64,000 nucleotides of DNA, taken from NCBI GenBank assembly GCA_030704615.1, contig CM060733.1, forward strand, positions 40,548,001 to 40,612,000, given 5' to 3'. The notes under the pieces are model-generated. The model had not been told where the DNA came from. It ran no database searches and was given only the letters and a program-made list of their open reading frames with translations. A program made the position numbers and the translations under genes. The stretch comes from Takakia lepidozioides (taxonomy: Eukaryota; Plantae; Bryophyta). Of this stretch, positions 25,740 to 37,999 are shown piece by piece (positions within the stretch are counted from its first letter, which is position 1; each line of letters begins with the position of its first letter).

Positions 25740-26589
25740 CACTAGAAGCATTTGTGTCTTTTCCGAATCGACTGCATGTCCAAAACCACTGAGGGAACAA
25801 CTTTGAGATGTTTGTTACTACTGCATAGTCGTAACGGATAAATTCACATTTCTAATGGCGGATAGAAGTTGCATCAATGACTCCGCAGTCGGCACAATAT
25901 TCGCGGCGATTTAATTCAATTACGTAAATTGTTTTTTTTTAAAAACAGCAATTACAAGTGGTTTTAAGCACTAGAGAGCGACTCTTAACAACTAGGCATT
26001 CATTGCACACCCTATTCAAAAATGGAATTTTTATAAGTGCTCCACATGGCTCATGACGTGGAATATTTTAATGTATTTTAGGGCTTGTGTGGCTCGTAGA
26101 GATTGTTCTAATCGTCGGATGTAAAATGATCTAAGGGTGGAAGAGTAACTTTGTCCTTTGCCTAAATTTGTCTAAGTGTTGGGAGAGGGATGGAGGCTTG
26201 AGAGAGAGACGAACAAGTGATGCGAGAAGGACGAAGACCAAATCGAGGCCCATGTCCTATTGTCGCAAGCGTTTATGGCGTCAAGGGCGCATTATGTGCA
26301 AATGTGGGCTCTTGGCTCCCCTTTGTACCATGATTTGGTATTCTTCCTGATGATCACAAGGTTCTTGGGGGAATCAGCTTGGTCTTAGCAACCCATATTT
26401 TAATCTCTGCCCGCTCAGCTGCACCGTGGTGGTTCTTACGAACCAATCCCACATTACCTGACTAGAGATACAAGCAGCACGCACAAGAGGTCTTCTTGGG
26501 TTCATGGTCAGTCTAATCCGCAATGGGTCATGACACAAGGTAGAGGACAATGTGGTGAGGGCACCTTCTTCTTCGAGCTATTTCAGCCT

Positions 26590-27403
26590 GTTTTGCCGAG
26601 ATGTAGTGTCGTGGAGTGCGATGCTTGCAGGGTATGCACAGCAGGGACGTGGGATGGAGGCTTTGGAGACCTATGAAGTTGCGAAGGGAGAGTTTGATAA
26701 CATGGCTGAACAAGATGTTGTCTCAAGGAACACGCTGAATCTTGCAAGATATGGCCAGCATGTGTGCGGGATGAGGGCATTGGAGACATATGAGCAAATG
26801 TTGAGAAGAGGTGCAGCCTGACCGGGTCACGTTCATTTGTGTTTGCAATGCATGTGCAAACCTGGCAGCCCTGGAGACTTGGTAAAGGGCAAAGGGTCCA
26901 TCGTGACATTGTCAAAGCTGGAACTGTACCAGATGTAACAATACCTCGTCGACATGTATGCCAAACGTGGGAGCATTCCCTTGTGGACAAGGAGTGTTTA
27001 ACAATATGGCTGAGCGAAATGTGGTGTGGTGAAACGTGATGATCGCAGGACATGCACAACATGGGCGGGGATTGCGGGTTTTGGAGACCTATGAGCAAAT
27101 GATGTGGGTCTAGGGGGTGAAGCCCGAGCACATTACGTTTGTTTGTGTTTGTAGTGCATATGTGAGCCTGTTGGAGAAGGGCAAAGAGGTCCATGGTTGC
27201 ATCGTCAAAGCTGGAATTGTGGTAGATGTCATTCTGAACATGAATACCTTCTAGATAGGGAGTGTTCAACAATATGGCTGAGCGAAATGTGGTGTCGTGG
27301 AAAGTGATGATCGCAGGACATGCACAACAGGGGCGGGGATTGTAGGTTTTGGAGACCTATGAGCAGTTGATGTGGGAGGGGGTGAAGTCCGACCACATTA
27401 CGT
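26590..27403 (+). pseudogene. Scrambled PLS-class PPR gene fragments carried by the CACTA (resuming at 30078-30222)
   Basis: RDVVSWSAMLAGYAQQGRGMEALETYE, (P)DRVTFICVCNACANLAALE and GQRVHRDIVKAG, with many frameshifts. Confidence 0.88.
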
Positions 27404-30222
27404 TCAGAGAGTTCAAATGCCTCTCCACCATGACCTTGCTTAGCTAACCATGCCTTGCTGATGTTGTTGTCTTGCACTTGAGCTGTTTTTGGACACTGGC
27501 TGGAACATCCACAAGGCGGCTCTGCTCGAGAGAGAAATCAGCTTGAATGCAGGGGCAGATTTTGAGATCACAATCGCCACTTAGAACGTTGTTCTTTGCA
27601 CCGGCATGGCATATCAACATGCATATCAGCCCAAACTCATTACTCCGTGAGCCTTCCACTGCCGGAGTGTGCCCATTCAAGCCAGATCTTCGAAACGCAG
27701 GGATGGAACGGGGTTTTGAAACCAGCATTGCCTAATTGGATACCCAATTCAGCTCTGCATCTTGGTCCATTAATCTGCTGCACATTGTGAAGTTTTCTGC
27801 CCGTTCACCGCAAGTTGAAGAAGGAGTATTCTTAAAACACGGGTACTCATAATCTGAAAATGGCTCCAGCTTACGTTGCTTGAGTGCAAATATGAGTGTG
27901 GTTGGCTTGGCAGCTTTACATCTGGTCCATCCCACTCGATATGATGAGCAGGTTCAGCTTGACTTCTCTCACACAAAAGACGCTGCCAAGATGGGGTTTG
28001 TTGCCCTAGATGACTTCCCGTCGTTGTTCTGGGCTGCAACATACAATTAATCTGGCCCATGGCGAGGGGCCTTGCCTTCCACCAATCATCTGTAAGTCCT
28101 GTGAAACTATTTTTGTGGCAGTTTGTAAGCAGTGGGCAGCAATGGTGGGCTGTTGTAGGATTTGATGAACTCAATGCTGTGTATTGACAGCAACCCCTCA
28201 TCTCTTATGCAAGCATTCAACAAGCCAAGTTGACTGCAGAGCATATTCAGCCCCCCGCGTTTCTAGTTGCCTAATGTTCTTCATCTCCTGGGTAGAGCAT
28301 TTTCTAGGGTCTCCATCTGTGATGACACACTATCTTCTCATGTGGTTCAGCTTCTGGTCTTGCTCTTGTTTGCACCACCCCAATGAAGGGCAGTTCCCAC
28401 CTGCTTGATTTTTCTCTATATGGTTGTCTTGGGTCTTGGCAGGGTTTCCCACAACCGCCTTTCCTTTTCAGACTGCCAGTCATCAGCCTCGTTCTCCAAT
28501 GCTTCACTTTCTTCCCAAGTGAAGTGCTCTCCTCTTTTATGCTTCAACGTCCCTGCATGTGTCTTTTCCTTCATGTGGTGCTTTCGAATGAATGAGCACT
28601 GATTTACATCTGTTGGCAACACTTACGGTGTCCCTTTCCTTGCATGCCACTGCAGGCCCGCATTGACTTTCTTGGCAGGGAAGTCTCCTCCTTCTCCCTC
28701 ATTTTCTGGCTCTGTTGGTGCCCCACTCACCATGCTATCAGGGCTGCACTTATTTTGTGGTGTTGCGCCAGCCAAGGGCGATCTTTCACTGGTCCGATTG
28801 TTGGCAACAGCTGATTGGAGTCTTCTTGGCAGAGTCTCCCACGAGCTCCCATCAATTTCAGGCATCAGGTTTTCTACCCTGCCCTTCCACTTTTCATAAG
28901 CGAGGTGCCTGTCTTCCTCCCTTTCACTCTTCAGCCTCTCAGGCAGATTTTTCTTCATGCGATTGCTGCTCCCATACTTCCAGTCCTTGTTTAATTTTCT
29001 CCAGCCATCACCCTCAGATTTGACAAGGTATTGCTGCCATTCCTTGTGTCTTTCCTCACTCCCAGCTGCTGGTTTTATCCCAGATTTACCTCTCATCCTT
29101 GCCTGGGGTTTTGCTTGCCAAACAGCCCTTGTGTGGGGAACTTCAACGAAAGGCAACATCTCATTCTCAGCTCCTGTCTTTGTACCTCTTTGCAGCAGTC
29201 CAGCCTCGGGTGCCTCACTTTCTGATTGCTGGGTGCATTCTTTGCCGCCAACCTTTGACAAGAAAGTGTGCTCCATCTTCCTCATCTCCTACTGGTTCCC
29301 TTGATGCTTCACCTCGTATGTCTTCCTCCTCATGTTTTAGCAGCAGCTCCCATGCTTGAATTGCTACTTTTCCTCGTAGTTGATCTTGTGCTTTCTTTTT
29401 CTCCGTAGCTAATCAACAGTTTTGTCTTGGCAGCTCCCTTGCCATGAGTGCCTTGTCTCACTGCATCTCCCTTGGCTGCCCACCATCCGTGGAGTCTTTC
29501 TTGCACTATTCTGACCCTCGTTGGCATGCACTTTGCTGCGATGCCCCACATGTATTTGTGCTCCCTTTAATCATCAACATAGTGCTCCAGAGCCAGTTCC
29601 TCATTGTTGACCAGTTGACCTTCTCAGCCCTTGGACCCCATTTTCCCTTCTCCCATGTTGCCTCGTCTTTCTGCTTCATCATTTGCTTTACTTGCACGAT
29701 GTTGCTTCTTCCCTACAGCTCATCATGTGTTGTGGCTCTTTCCCATGTTGCACTCACTCCCATCATACGTTGTGCAGTTGATAAGACTGAGATGAGTTGA
29801 TGCAGGATAGGGGGAGGGCTTGCTGGTGTATGTTGTCCGATAGGCCCCATGCACAGAGTCAAAGCTGGAAGTCAGCCTTGCAAGGACCCAAGTGAGAGAA
29901 GTCTGGTGGGGGTAGCATCTTGGGGGATGGCAGTTAGGGCAATGTGTGTCTAGGGCAATATATGTCATAGCAGCGGGTGATGTGCTGCCAATTTTGAGGA
30001 TAGAGACAGCCTGTAAGCTGTAGATTTGTATAAGTGGTTTCTTCTGACACATATTGCTCCCAGTTTGCCACAACTAGTTGTTTGCGTTTGTAGTGCATGT
30101 GCGAGCCTGCTGGGGAAGGGCAAAGAGGTCCATGGTTGCATCGTCAAAGCTGGAATTGTGGCAATGTCATTCTGAACAATACCCTTGTGGACAGGGAGTG
30201 TTCAACAATATGGCTGAGCGAA

Positions 30223-31325
30223 GGATAGAGTGTAATGACTGCTAATGAAGGCACCTTCTTCAATTTCACCTTGTTTTCCCCTCTTATCAGAATCGCCCAT
30301 AATTATTCATGTCTGAATTCTGCAAGTTAGCTGGTTGAGTGAAGCTTTGATAGTTTGGAGTGACTTTGACATGATTCTGCCAATGTGACAACAGGAAAGT
30401 ATCAGAAACAGGTAACACAGACGAGGAGAAGTTGTGGAATGAATATTTTTCTGACCCCAGTCAATGGTGGGACAATCGAGGCAAGAAGGTGAATGTTTGT
30501 TGGATTATAGAGAGTAGCAGATGCAATTGAGCGTAGGAACTAGTGTGATAAGTTGAGTTGGGTGCTTCCTAGAACAAGTCTAGGCTGTCATCGTCAACTG
30601 CTAGCAACAAGGCAAGGTTGTATGCATGATTCGTGCGAGGCATGGATAGTTGAAGGAGCAAGGATAGAGTGTGGGTGCAGATTCACCCAAGAGGGCCAGA
30701 CTTCAAGCTCCAGATTAACTATGAAGCTACAAGAAACCTGCATGGGTAGATGGTCAACTGGCAGCAACGGCACAATTGATAAAATCAGACATTGTTAATG
30801 AAGGCATCTTCTTCAGCACATTTCACCCTGTTTTTCCCTCTTATTAGAATCGGTCCAAAATTTCCATGTTGAATTATGCAAGTTAACTGGTTGAGTGAAT
30901 CTAGTTTGGAGTGACTTTGACATGATACTGCTATGTGACAACAGGAAAGTATCAAAAAACAAGTAATAGACATGAGGAGAAGCTGTGGAATGAATACTTT
31001 TCTGCCCCCAGTCAATGATGGGACAACCGAGGCAAAAAGGTGAATGCCTGCTACATTTCAGAGAGTAGCAGACGCAATTGAGCATATGAACTAGTGTGAT
31101 AAGCTGAGTTGGGTGTTTCCTAGAACAAATGTAGGTTGTTTTTGTCAGCTACTAGCAGCAAGGCAAAGATGAATGCATGATTTGTGCAGGGGCATGGATA
31201 GCTGAAGGAGCAGGGATAGAGTGTGGTCCAGATTCATCCTAGAGGACCAAATTTCAAGCAAAAGATTTACCTATGATTCCCTGTGGATCAATAACTACAA
31301 GAAACCTCCATGGGTAGATGGTCTA
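30223..31325 (+). repeat. Two copies of a ~550 bp repeat, also present as about 4-5 partial or full copies at 51330-53910
   Basis: Shared landmarks GAAGGCAYCTTCTTC, TAGTTTGGAGTGACTTTGACATGAT, GAACTAGTGTGATAAG and CATGGGTAGATGGT. Confidence 0.85.
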
Positions 31326-32176
31326 TTCCGTGGAACTCACTGAAGTCTTGCATTATGAGGATCAGAACTGCTTGACTTGCACGAGGCCTTGATCCTTAGG
31401 CAATCCCCAGAGCAGCAGTAGCTTTTGGGCTGCTTTTTTACTTTGTGTTTTTCATTTTGTCCCATAAGCTCTTTGAGCTTTCCGCAGATGTTATAAAGTA
31501 CCATTTTGTTTCATTTCATTCATTTTCATTTCATTTTGTTTCATGGCATGTCTTTCATCGTTTGTGCATTTCTAATGCATGATTAGTTCTCTTGTATGGC
31601 ATTACTAGTCGACTCACTACAAACACCGAAACTCCAAAGCATGAATCACTATGAATGATTGTTCAAGTAATTTCGAACACTTCATGTAAAGTAGTAAAGC
31701 AGTGGTTGCGCCAACTTCCGCAGTCGCAATTGCCACTGGGCATGTAACACTGCAAGTTATGTGGTCTACTACCACGTGGTGCCCCGGGCCCGTGGCCACG
31801 TGGCAGCAGTGGTGCTCGTCGTGGCGCCGCCACGTCGGCATCCACATCGTCGTCCACGTCCGCGTCCATGTGTCACCGCGCTTCAGTGAGTCGGTCCACT
31901 CATCCGGAGGGAAAAGTCAAAGTCAGCCCAAAAGGTCAGACACACGGGCGGCCCGCCTGGTTACGCCACGTGGTTCTTCAGCATTAATCGCATTAATCGC
32001 TGAGCAGTTGTTCGCGCGTCTGCGTCCTTTACCACTCCAATCATTGGATGTCCAACCCAACTACCACGTCTGTTGTAACTAGTCTGTTGTAACTTCCAGT
32101 CGATCCCAGTTTTTTGACTTTTACGACTCAAAATGAGTCGTTACCCCAGTGATAAATGACACGAATGGTTCTAGTG

Positions 32177-34359
32177 TAGCAAACTATTATAGACGGTTTG
32201 TTAAGGGATTTAGTGCCATTGCAAAGGCTCTAACCAAGCTGACCAAGGTGGACCAAGAGTGGCAGTGGGAAGGTGAGCAAGAACAAGCTTTTCAAGAGCT
32301 CAAGGCGAGGTTGACCTCGGCGCCCATCTTGAGACGACGTATCAGGGGGCGTCCTTTTCAGTTGCATACAGATTGGAGCATGCTGGGGCTTGGAGCGGTG
32401 CTCACACACGTGGATGATGAGGGAAGAGAGTTCGTAGTGGCTTATGCTAGCCGCTCGAACAACGTTGCAGAGTCTAAGTATAGCTCATATAAGGGAGAAT
32501 GCTTAGTTGCAGTGTGGGCCGTGGCACACTTCAGGTGCTATCTATACGGCAATCTCTTCACCCTTGTCACGGATCACCAACCACTCAAGTGGTTGATGGA
32601 GTCAGACAAGCTTACGGGAAAGCTTGCACGGTGGGCACTCATCCTTCAAGAGTATGACTTTCAGGTGGTGCATCGACCGGGTTTGGTCAATCGCAATGCA
32701 GATGGGTTGAGTCGCAATCCATGCACGAGCCAGCAGGATGACACTGGAGCTCGGTGGCATGGTGAGACGGACGAGGAGATGGTGCCCGGATGGCATGCAT
32801 CTGCATTTCTGTGTATCTTGGCAGCGGAAGGCCAGGTTGGACTTGCAACAGGAATGACTGTAGATCAAGTGTCTGAGGACCCTGAGGCCAGCAATGAGCA
32901 AGGTGGCGCCAAAGATATACATGAGGATTCAGTTGTGTTGGACTACCTCCGCACTGGAGCCACTGCAGCCACTGTGACTGCCAAGAAGAGGGATCGGATC
33001 CTACAACGAGCCAAGAGGTTAAAGTGGGAGGGGATACACCTGCTCCGAGTGTGGGAGGATGGTCGAGTGAGGATTGTGCCTCACCCAACACAGCGGGCAC
33101 GGTTAGTGCGGCATGCCCATGAGGAGTTGGGGCATTTTGGGGTGTGACGCACTCATAGTCTACTGTAGGGGCAGTATTGGTGGCGTGGTATGCACACAGA
33201 GGTGCAACAATTTGTGGCTAGGTGCATGGTGTGTGACAGGGTGCGTGCTTCATTCAACGCCCCTACTCCACAATTGCACCCTCTTCCGATCATGGGATTG
33301 GGCTACAGGTGGAGTCTTGACTTTGTAGGGCCGTTGCCACTGACCATGTGCCACAACAAGTACGTGTTGGTGATGGTGGAGCACTTCTCCAAGTGGATTG
33401 AATTGGTTCCATTGCCTGATAAGGCTAGTGAGGGAGCTGCGTATGCATTCTTGGATTGTGTGCTTAGCCGATTCGGTGCTCCAGCTGAGGTACTCACGGA
33501 CCAAGGGAGAGAGTTCTTGGGGGAGTTTCAGGTTTTGTGTGACAAGGCCTTGATAGACCACCGCACCACTTCTCGAGATCATCCTGAGGCCGATGGCTTG
33601 GCAGAGAGAGTTGTTCAGACAGTAAAGAGGGGTTTGCGCAAGTATGGCTTGCAAAAGGGACACCTAGGAGATTGGGACCTTTAGTTACCCTGGTTAGCCA
33701 TGGGCTACAGGTTCAGCAAGCAAGCATCACTTGCCTCCTTCTCACCATACTTTCTTCTCTTTGGCCGAGAGCCGGATTTGCCTACATCCATTCGCAGAGA
33801 AGCTGCTACAGTTCTTAGCCTTGACGATCCGGACGTGTGGGCACGGGCATGTGAGCAGCGTGCAGAGTTGTTCAAGAAAGTCATGCCCATGGCTTTCGAG
33901 AACCTTGCCATTGCACAACATCGTGATACATTGAGGTATGCTACCATACGTGGTGGGGGCTATCGTCCTGGTGTTCAGAGATTCAACCCTGGTGACTATG
34001 TCTATCTGCAGCAGACTGCTCCTACGACATTGGATGTGACTGCAGGACGTGTTATTTTGAGGGTTCGAGAGGTTTTGTCCTCAGGCGTCTTGGTCTTGGA
34101 GGGTCGGGATGGCATAACTTGGAAGGACCATGTGCGTAATTGTGCGCCATGTCACCTTCCGAATGTCGATGGCAGGATTGACCCAAACCTGGCAGTGATA
34201 TCTGCAAGTTTGAAATGCATGTTGTGTGGGTCTGCTAGAGGGGCAGCCACCATGCTGGTGTGTGATCGATGCTCTAGAGGTTGGCATATGTGATGCTTGA
34301 CTCCACCTCTTGAGATGGTTCCTGATGGGGATTGGTTATGTCCGTATTGCATTGGATAG
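32177..34359 (+). pseudogene. Gypsy pol C-terminal part: RNase H, integrase and C-terminal PHD finger (several in-frame stops)
   Basis: RH: LHTDWS, LVTDHQPL, NADGLSR. INT: HEELGH…CMVC, WSLDFVGPL, VLTDQGREF, GLAERVVQT. PHD: CMLC…LVCDRCSRGWHM*CLTPPLEMVPDGDWLCPYC (34216-34350). Confidence 0.93.
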
Positions 34360-34605
34360 TGGGAGTGGATACAACCATGGAAGGCTAACAAGAAATGCAA
34401 GGCCAAGGTACTAGGAGACCAACACACGAGATCCTGACTCAAGTTCACAGATTGCAAGACGGCGACTAACGATGGGGTTGCTCTTGTACCCAGCCTCTTG
34501 GTCTATAGAGTTTGAGTACAATAGGGACAGTGATAGAGGACTTAGTACGGTTGTGGCTATTACATCTTGTAGCTATCTGGAGTTAGAGGGACCTAACCAC
34601 CAGCT

Positions 34606-34615
34606 AGGGGGGCGA
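34606..34615 (+). other. Candidate polypurine tract
   Basis: AGGGGGGCGA followed by T and then TGTGG, ~90 bp upstream of the 3' direct repeat. Confidence 0.55.
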
Positions 34616-34703
34616 TTGTGGTATAGCTTTCTAGGATTATGTGCTTAGATTGTGTGGTGGACAGCGATGTATGTTGTGGCACGATGCTTAGGTGCACGAC
34701 AGC

Positions 34704-35146
34704 TGTCATGGTTTTAGTCATGGTTATCTAGAATTACCTACTTTTAGTTAACTAGGACATTTTAGATATTTATATTTATATTTTGTGTGTTGGGACTTCA
34801 TTTGGTCTCACATGCCAAGTGAGGTGTCGAGCCTCACTTGAGACATGGAGATAGGTTTTCCCCTTGAGTGTTGAGGAGGCTCATCTTCTTGTAGTTGAGC
34901 CTCCATGAGCTTCTCTCACCTCCATAGCTCTAGGTATTGAGAGGGAGTGTGTTGAGGGCTTTGTAGGGTGGATTCTTTTAGCAAAGGTGCCCTTGGCTTG
35001 ACTTAGTTTATGTGATAAAGTGGATTTCACTTGGAAGGACTAGGGCTTGTTCTTCATGTGATTGCTTCATGCTTTGAGAGCTTTCATTGTCTTCTACTTC
35101 TCTCATTTCTCATCTCTTACCACTACAAGAAGTGAAGTGCACGACA
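34704..35146 (+). repeat. 3' LTR
   Basis: TGTCATG…CACGACA followed by the TSD GTTA. The first 429 bp match the 5' copy. Confidence 0.9.
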
Positions 35147-35819
35147 GTTATTATTCTTCCTTAGGATAGCTGTCATAAAGTCTCTCAGGCACCTAGCCCA
35201 ATCGTGACAATAGGATTTGGCTCATGATTGCCTATATTTTCTTCAATCTAGGTTTCCCTGGATCTAAAAACTAGCACTTCGCAAGTTTTTCTATGAAGAC
35301 TCAAAGTGATCGAGTCCACATGTCTACCAATTCCGCCATGCCCCCTTTTGTCTATGAAAGCAGGGCCAGGTAGCCATAGGAGCTCCCAAACCCGACACAC
35401 TTATGGGCTATGACTCCAAATATCAAATAACAAATAAGATATGTAAGTAGCTTTTCACTCCCACACTCACAATTTAGAAGCTCGTCACAGTTTGGTCAAC
35501 AATGCATTTAACAATATCACTCTCCCGCACTACTCTCATACTCTCATTCCCTTCACAGTTAACAACATCCTTCCTTATCAGTACTTCACCACCATTCCCA
35601 CACATTCTATATCCTCTCATCATAAAATGCCACAACAAACTATATATTTAAAAATTAATGTTTTTCTTAAAAATAATTCATTGCTGAATGTTACACGAAA
35701 TCATGTAATCATAATATGTCATAAATGCTAGTTACAAAATGAGTGGTTAAATCAACGCCAATTTTCCATCTAATTATAAAAAATACAATCAGAATCAAGT
35801 AGTTAAAACAACTCATAAT

Positions 35820-36044
35820 AGCACATCAGCTGGTAGCTCAGCTGGTAAGTGCACAGTGTGTCGCCCTGGTAGTTCTGGCTTACTGCCCGTGTGTGGTATT
35901 GTTAGTGACGGTATGTCTGGGCGTTGATAATCCTGTAGGTCTCATGGCCCATAAATGAAAGGGGGTTAATTTTCCCCCCTCCTCCGGCAAGGGTCTGAAT
36001 TGTGGGCTGTCGCCCTAGGTTTCCTTAAAAAAAAATTAAAAAAA
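35820..36044 (+). mobile_element. tRNA-derived SINE
   Basis: A-box TAGCTCAGCTGG, A-rich tail and TSD AACTCATAAT (35810-35819 / 36045-36054). A related copy at ~50203-50387 retains a B-box. Confidence 0.85.
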
Positions 36045-36396
36045 AACTCATAATTTTTGTAATACTATTGTTGCTGAAATGTTTCTCTAGAAAAAAAAAG
36101 AAAAAGAAAAAGCCAAAAAAATTGATGCCTAACCCCGAGTTGTGCAGGACACTACCTTCAATGCTACGGTGACAGAAGATTGACTGCAGTCGCAGAATGG
36201 GTGCTTTTGGACACCAGTCGCATAGACTCCGGTTGGAACGGACATGATTCCTACTAGTGCTCCACAAAATCAAAGAGAATATAAGACTTTAATGCCATCT
36301 TTGGTAGTTCTTCAACATTTGTTTGAGTTTTGCCAACAAGTCAGCACCCCTATCACGGTGGATTGTGCTCACGAGTGGATTCAACTTGACGGTTGA

Positions 36397-36573
36397 GAGG
36401 TGGGGTGGCAACAATGGATGAACATGGCCCTGGGGGATCTGATGGCATGACAGTTTTTACTTATTTTTAACATGGGCAAGTTGGGAGGTGGGGTGGCAAC
36501 AATGGATGAACATGGCCCTGGGGGATCTGATGGCATGACGGTTTTTACTTATTTTTAACATGGGCAAGTTGGG
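36397..36573 (+). repeat. 88 bp tandem duplication
   Basis: GAGGTGGGGTGGCAACAATGG…ATGGGCAAGTTGG occurs twice with one mismatch. Confidence 0.95.
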
Positions 36574-37999
36574 CAGCCCAATGTGGTCTCGCCAAATGGC
36601 ACAGAGTTCGCCAAAAAAATGTTGAGTATCACTCTCATGTACGCTTCCTAAAAGGAAAAGAAAAGAAAAACTGAAACTGAAAACTGAAAACTAAACATTC
36701 CAAAAAAATCCAGATGGTACCTAGTGCAAGGAATCCAATGTAGTATTGAGCTCATATTGTGAGCGGAGATTTGTAATAGTTTCACAAAGTTCCTAGCCTG
36801 ACAGCACATTTTTGTTTTGCAATTATATACTCTCTGGATATTCCCAAATGTAGAATATCCCGTTCTGCTCCCCTAAGCACACTACCCAACCTCTACCCAA
36901 CCTCCACGGCACAAGAAGCATATCTAAGCGAGTTACTAAACTTACTAGTGTTGTCTCTAGAGCTCAATAGCTGTATTACTGGATACATAAGGTAGACTGG
37001 CTCTATATTACCACATCCACTCAGTTGAGCCACTCTAATACACACATCGGATGAGTCCATAATTTTGACATATCAACATGGATTCTTTGTTGAGAATACA
37101 AGGCTGGTGCTAGAAATGGCCTCCTGTGATATCCAAAGCTCCACCGACACTTCAAATCCCAACTGCCTGAGATGCAATTAGTGTACACAAATGGATCGGA
37201 AGTACCTAGTTTGCACTAATGTCATATTTTCCAGGATCCTTTCAGCCATGACTTAGTCCAATCTAAGGGCCTTACCCTTTATATATATGCTATTAATGGG
37301 ACAATTGGGGAAAAAGGGGACTCAGGGGAGCCCCAGAATTGGGACACTTTCAATTGGATTAAATACCTCCAGTCAAAAGAAGAAGATAAAGAAAAGAAAA
37401 AAGAAAGAAAATTACTCCATCCGACACAGAGTGAGGACTGAGGACCCACAACACCCACAATACAAGACGGAGGAAATGTGCGGAAAGTGGTTGAGGGACA
37501 CATGTAGAACCACACACTCATTGTTCCTAAGTTTCTTGTTTGAGCATCCATTATAAAGTTCATACAAAAGAAACACAAAGAAAGACATTAAATAAGAGAA
37601 AGAAATGAAATGAAATGGTACTTTATAATGTCCACTTGAAGCTCAAAGACGAGGAAGAAAGAAACAAGAAAAAGTGAGGGGCCACAAACAGCCCAAAAGC
37701 AACTAAAGCTCAAGGCATTGTCTAAGAGTGAACGCTCCATGCAGGTAAACTGCCAAGCATTTCTGATCCTTGTAATGGAAGACCTTCGTAAGAGATTGGG
37801 TATCCTGGAAAAGACAGTTGAATCTCCCACAGATCTCTTAAGTATAAAGGACAGAGAAAAAAAGAAGTTCTTCACTTTCAATTTCCCTGTAGAAAGAAAG
37901 AAAGAAAATAACTTTACATCATCCACAGAGGGGCCACAGAGGAAGGTAGAACGAACCAAAAACTAATTCAGACTACATTAAGAGAGAGAGGTGAAATGG

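Larger units (their letters stand above)
25740..32176. mobile_element. Non-autonomous CACTA (Pack-CACTA-like) element inserted in the Gypsy RT
   Basis: TIRs CACTAGAAGCATTTGTGTC and reverse-complement CACTAGAACCATTCGTGTC. 3-bp TSD TAG at 25737-25739 and 32177-32179. Removing the element restores …AFMGLANYYRRFVKGF. Confidence 0.93.
17682..35146 (+). mobile_element. Ty3/Gypsy LTR retrotransposon encoding a C5 DNA methyltransferase and a PHD finger (interrupted by a nested CACTA)
   Basis: Starts TGTCATG, ends CACGACA and is flanked by GTTA on both sides (17678-17681, 35147-35150). It has ~430 bp terminal direct repeats and the domain order gag-PR-(DNMT)-RT-RH-INT-PHD. Confidence 0.93.

Noticed and set aside
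35820-36044. tRNA genes (also 47540-47705 and 50203-50387)
   Set aside because: Only A/B boxes are present, with no full cloverleaf. Unrelated bodies, tails and a TSD indicate SINEs.
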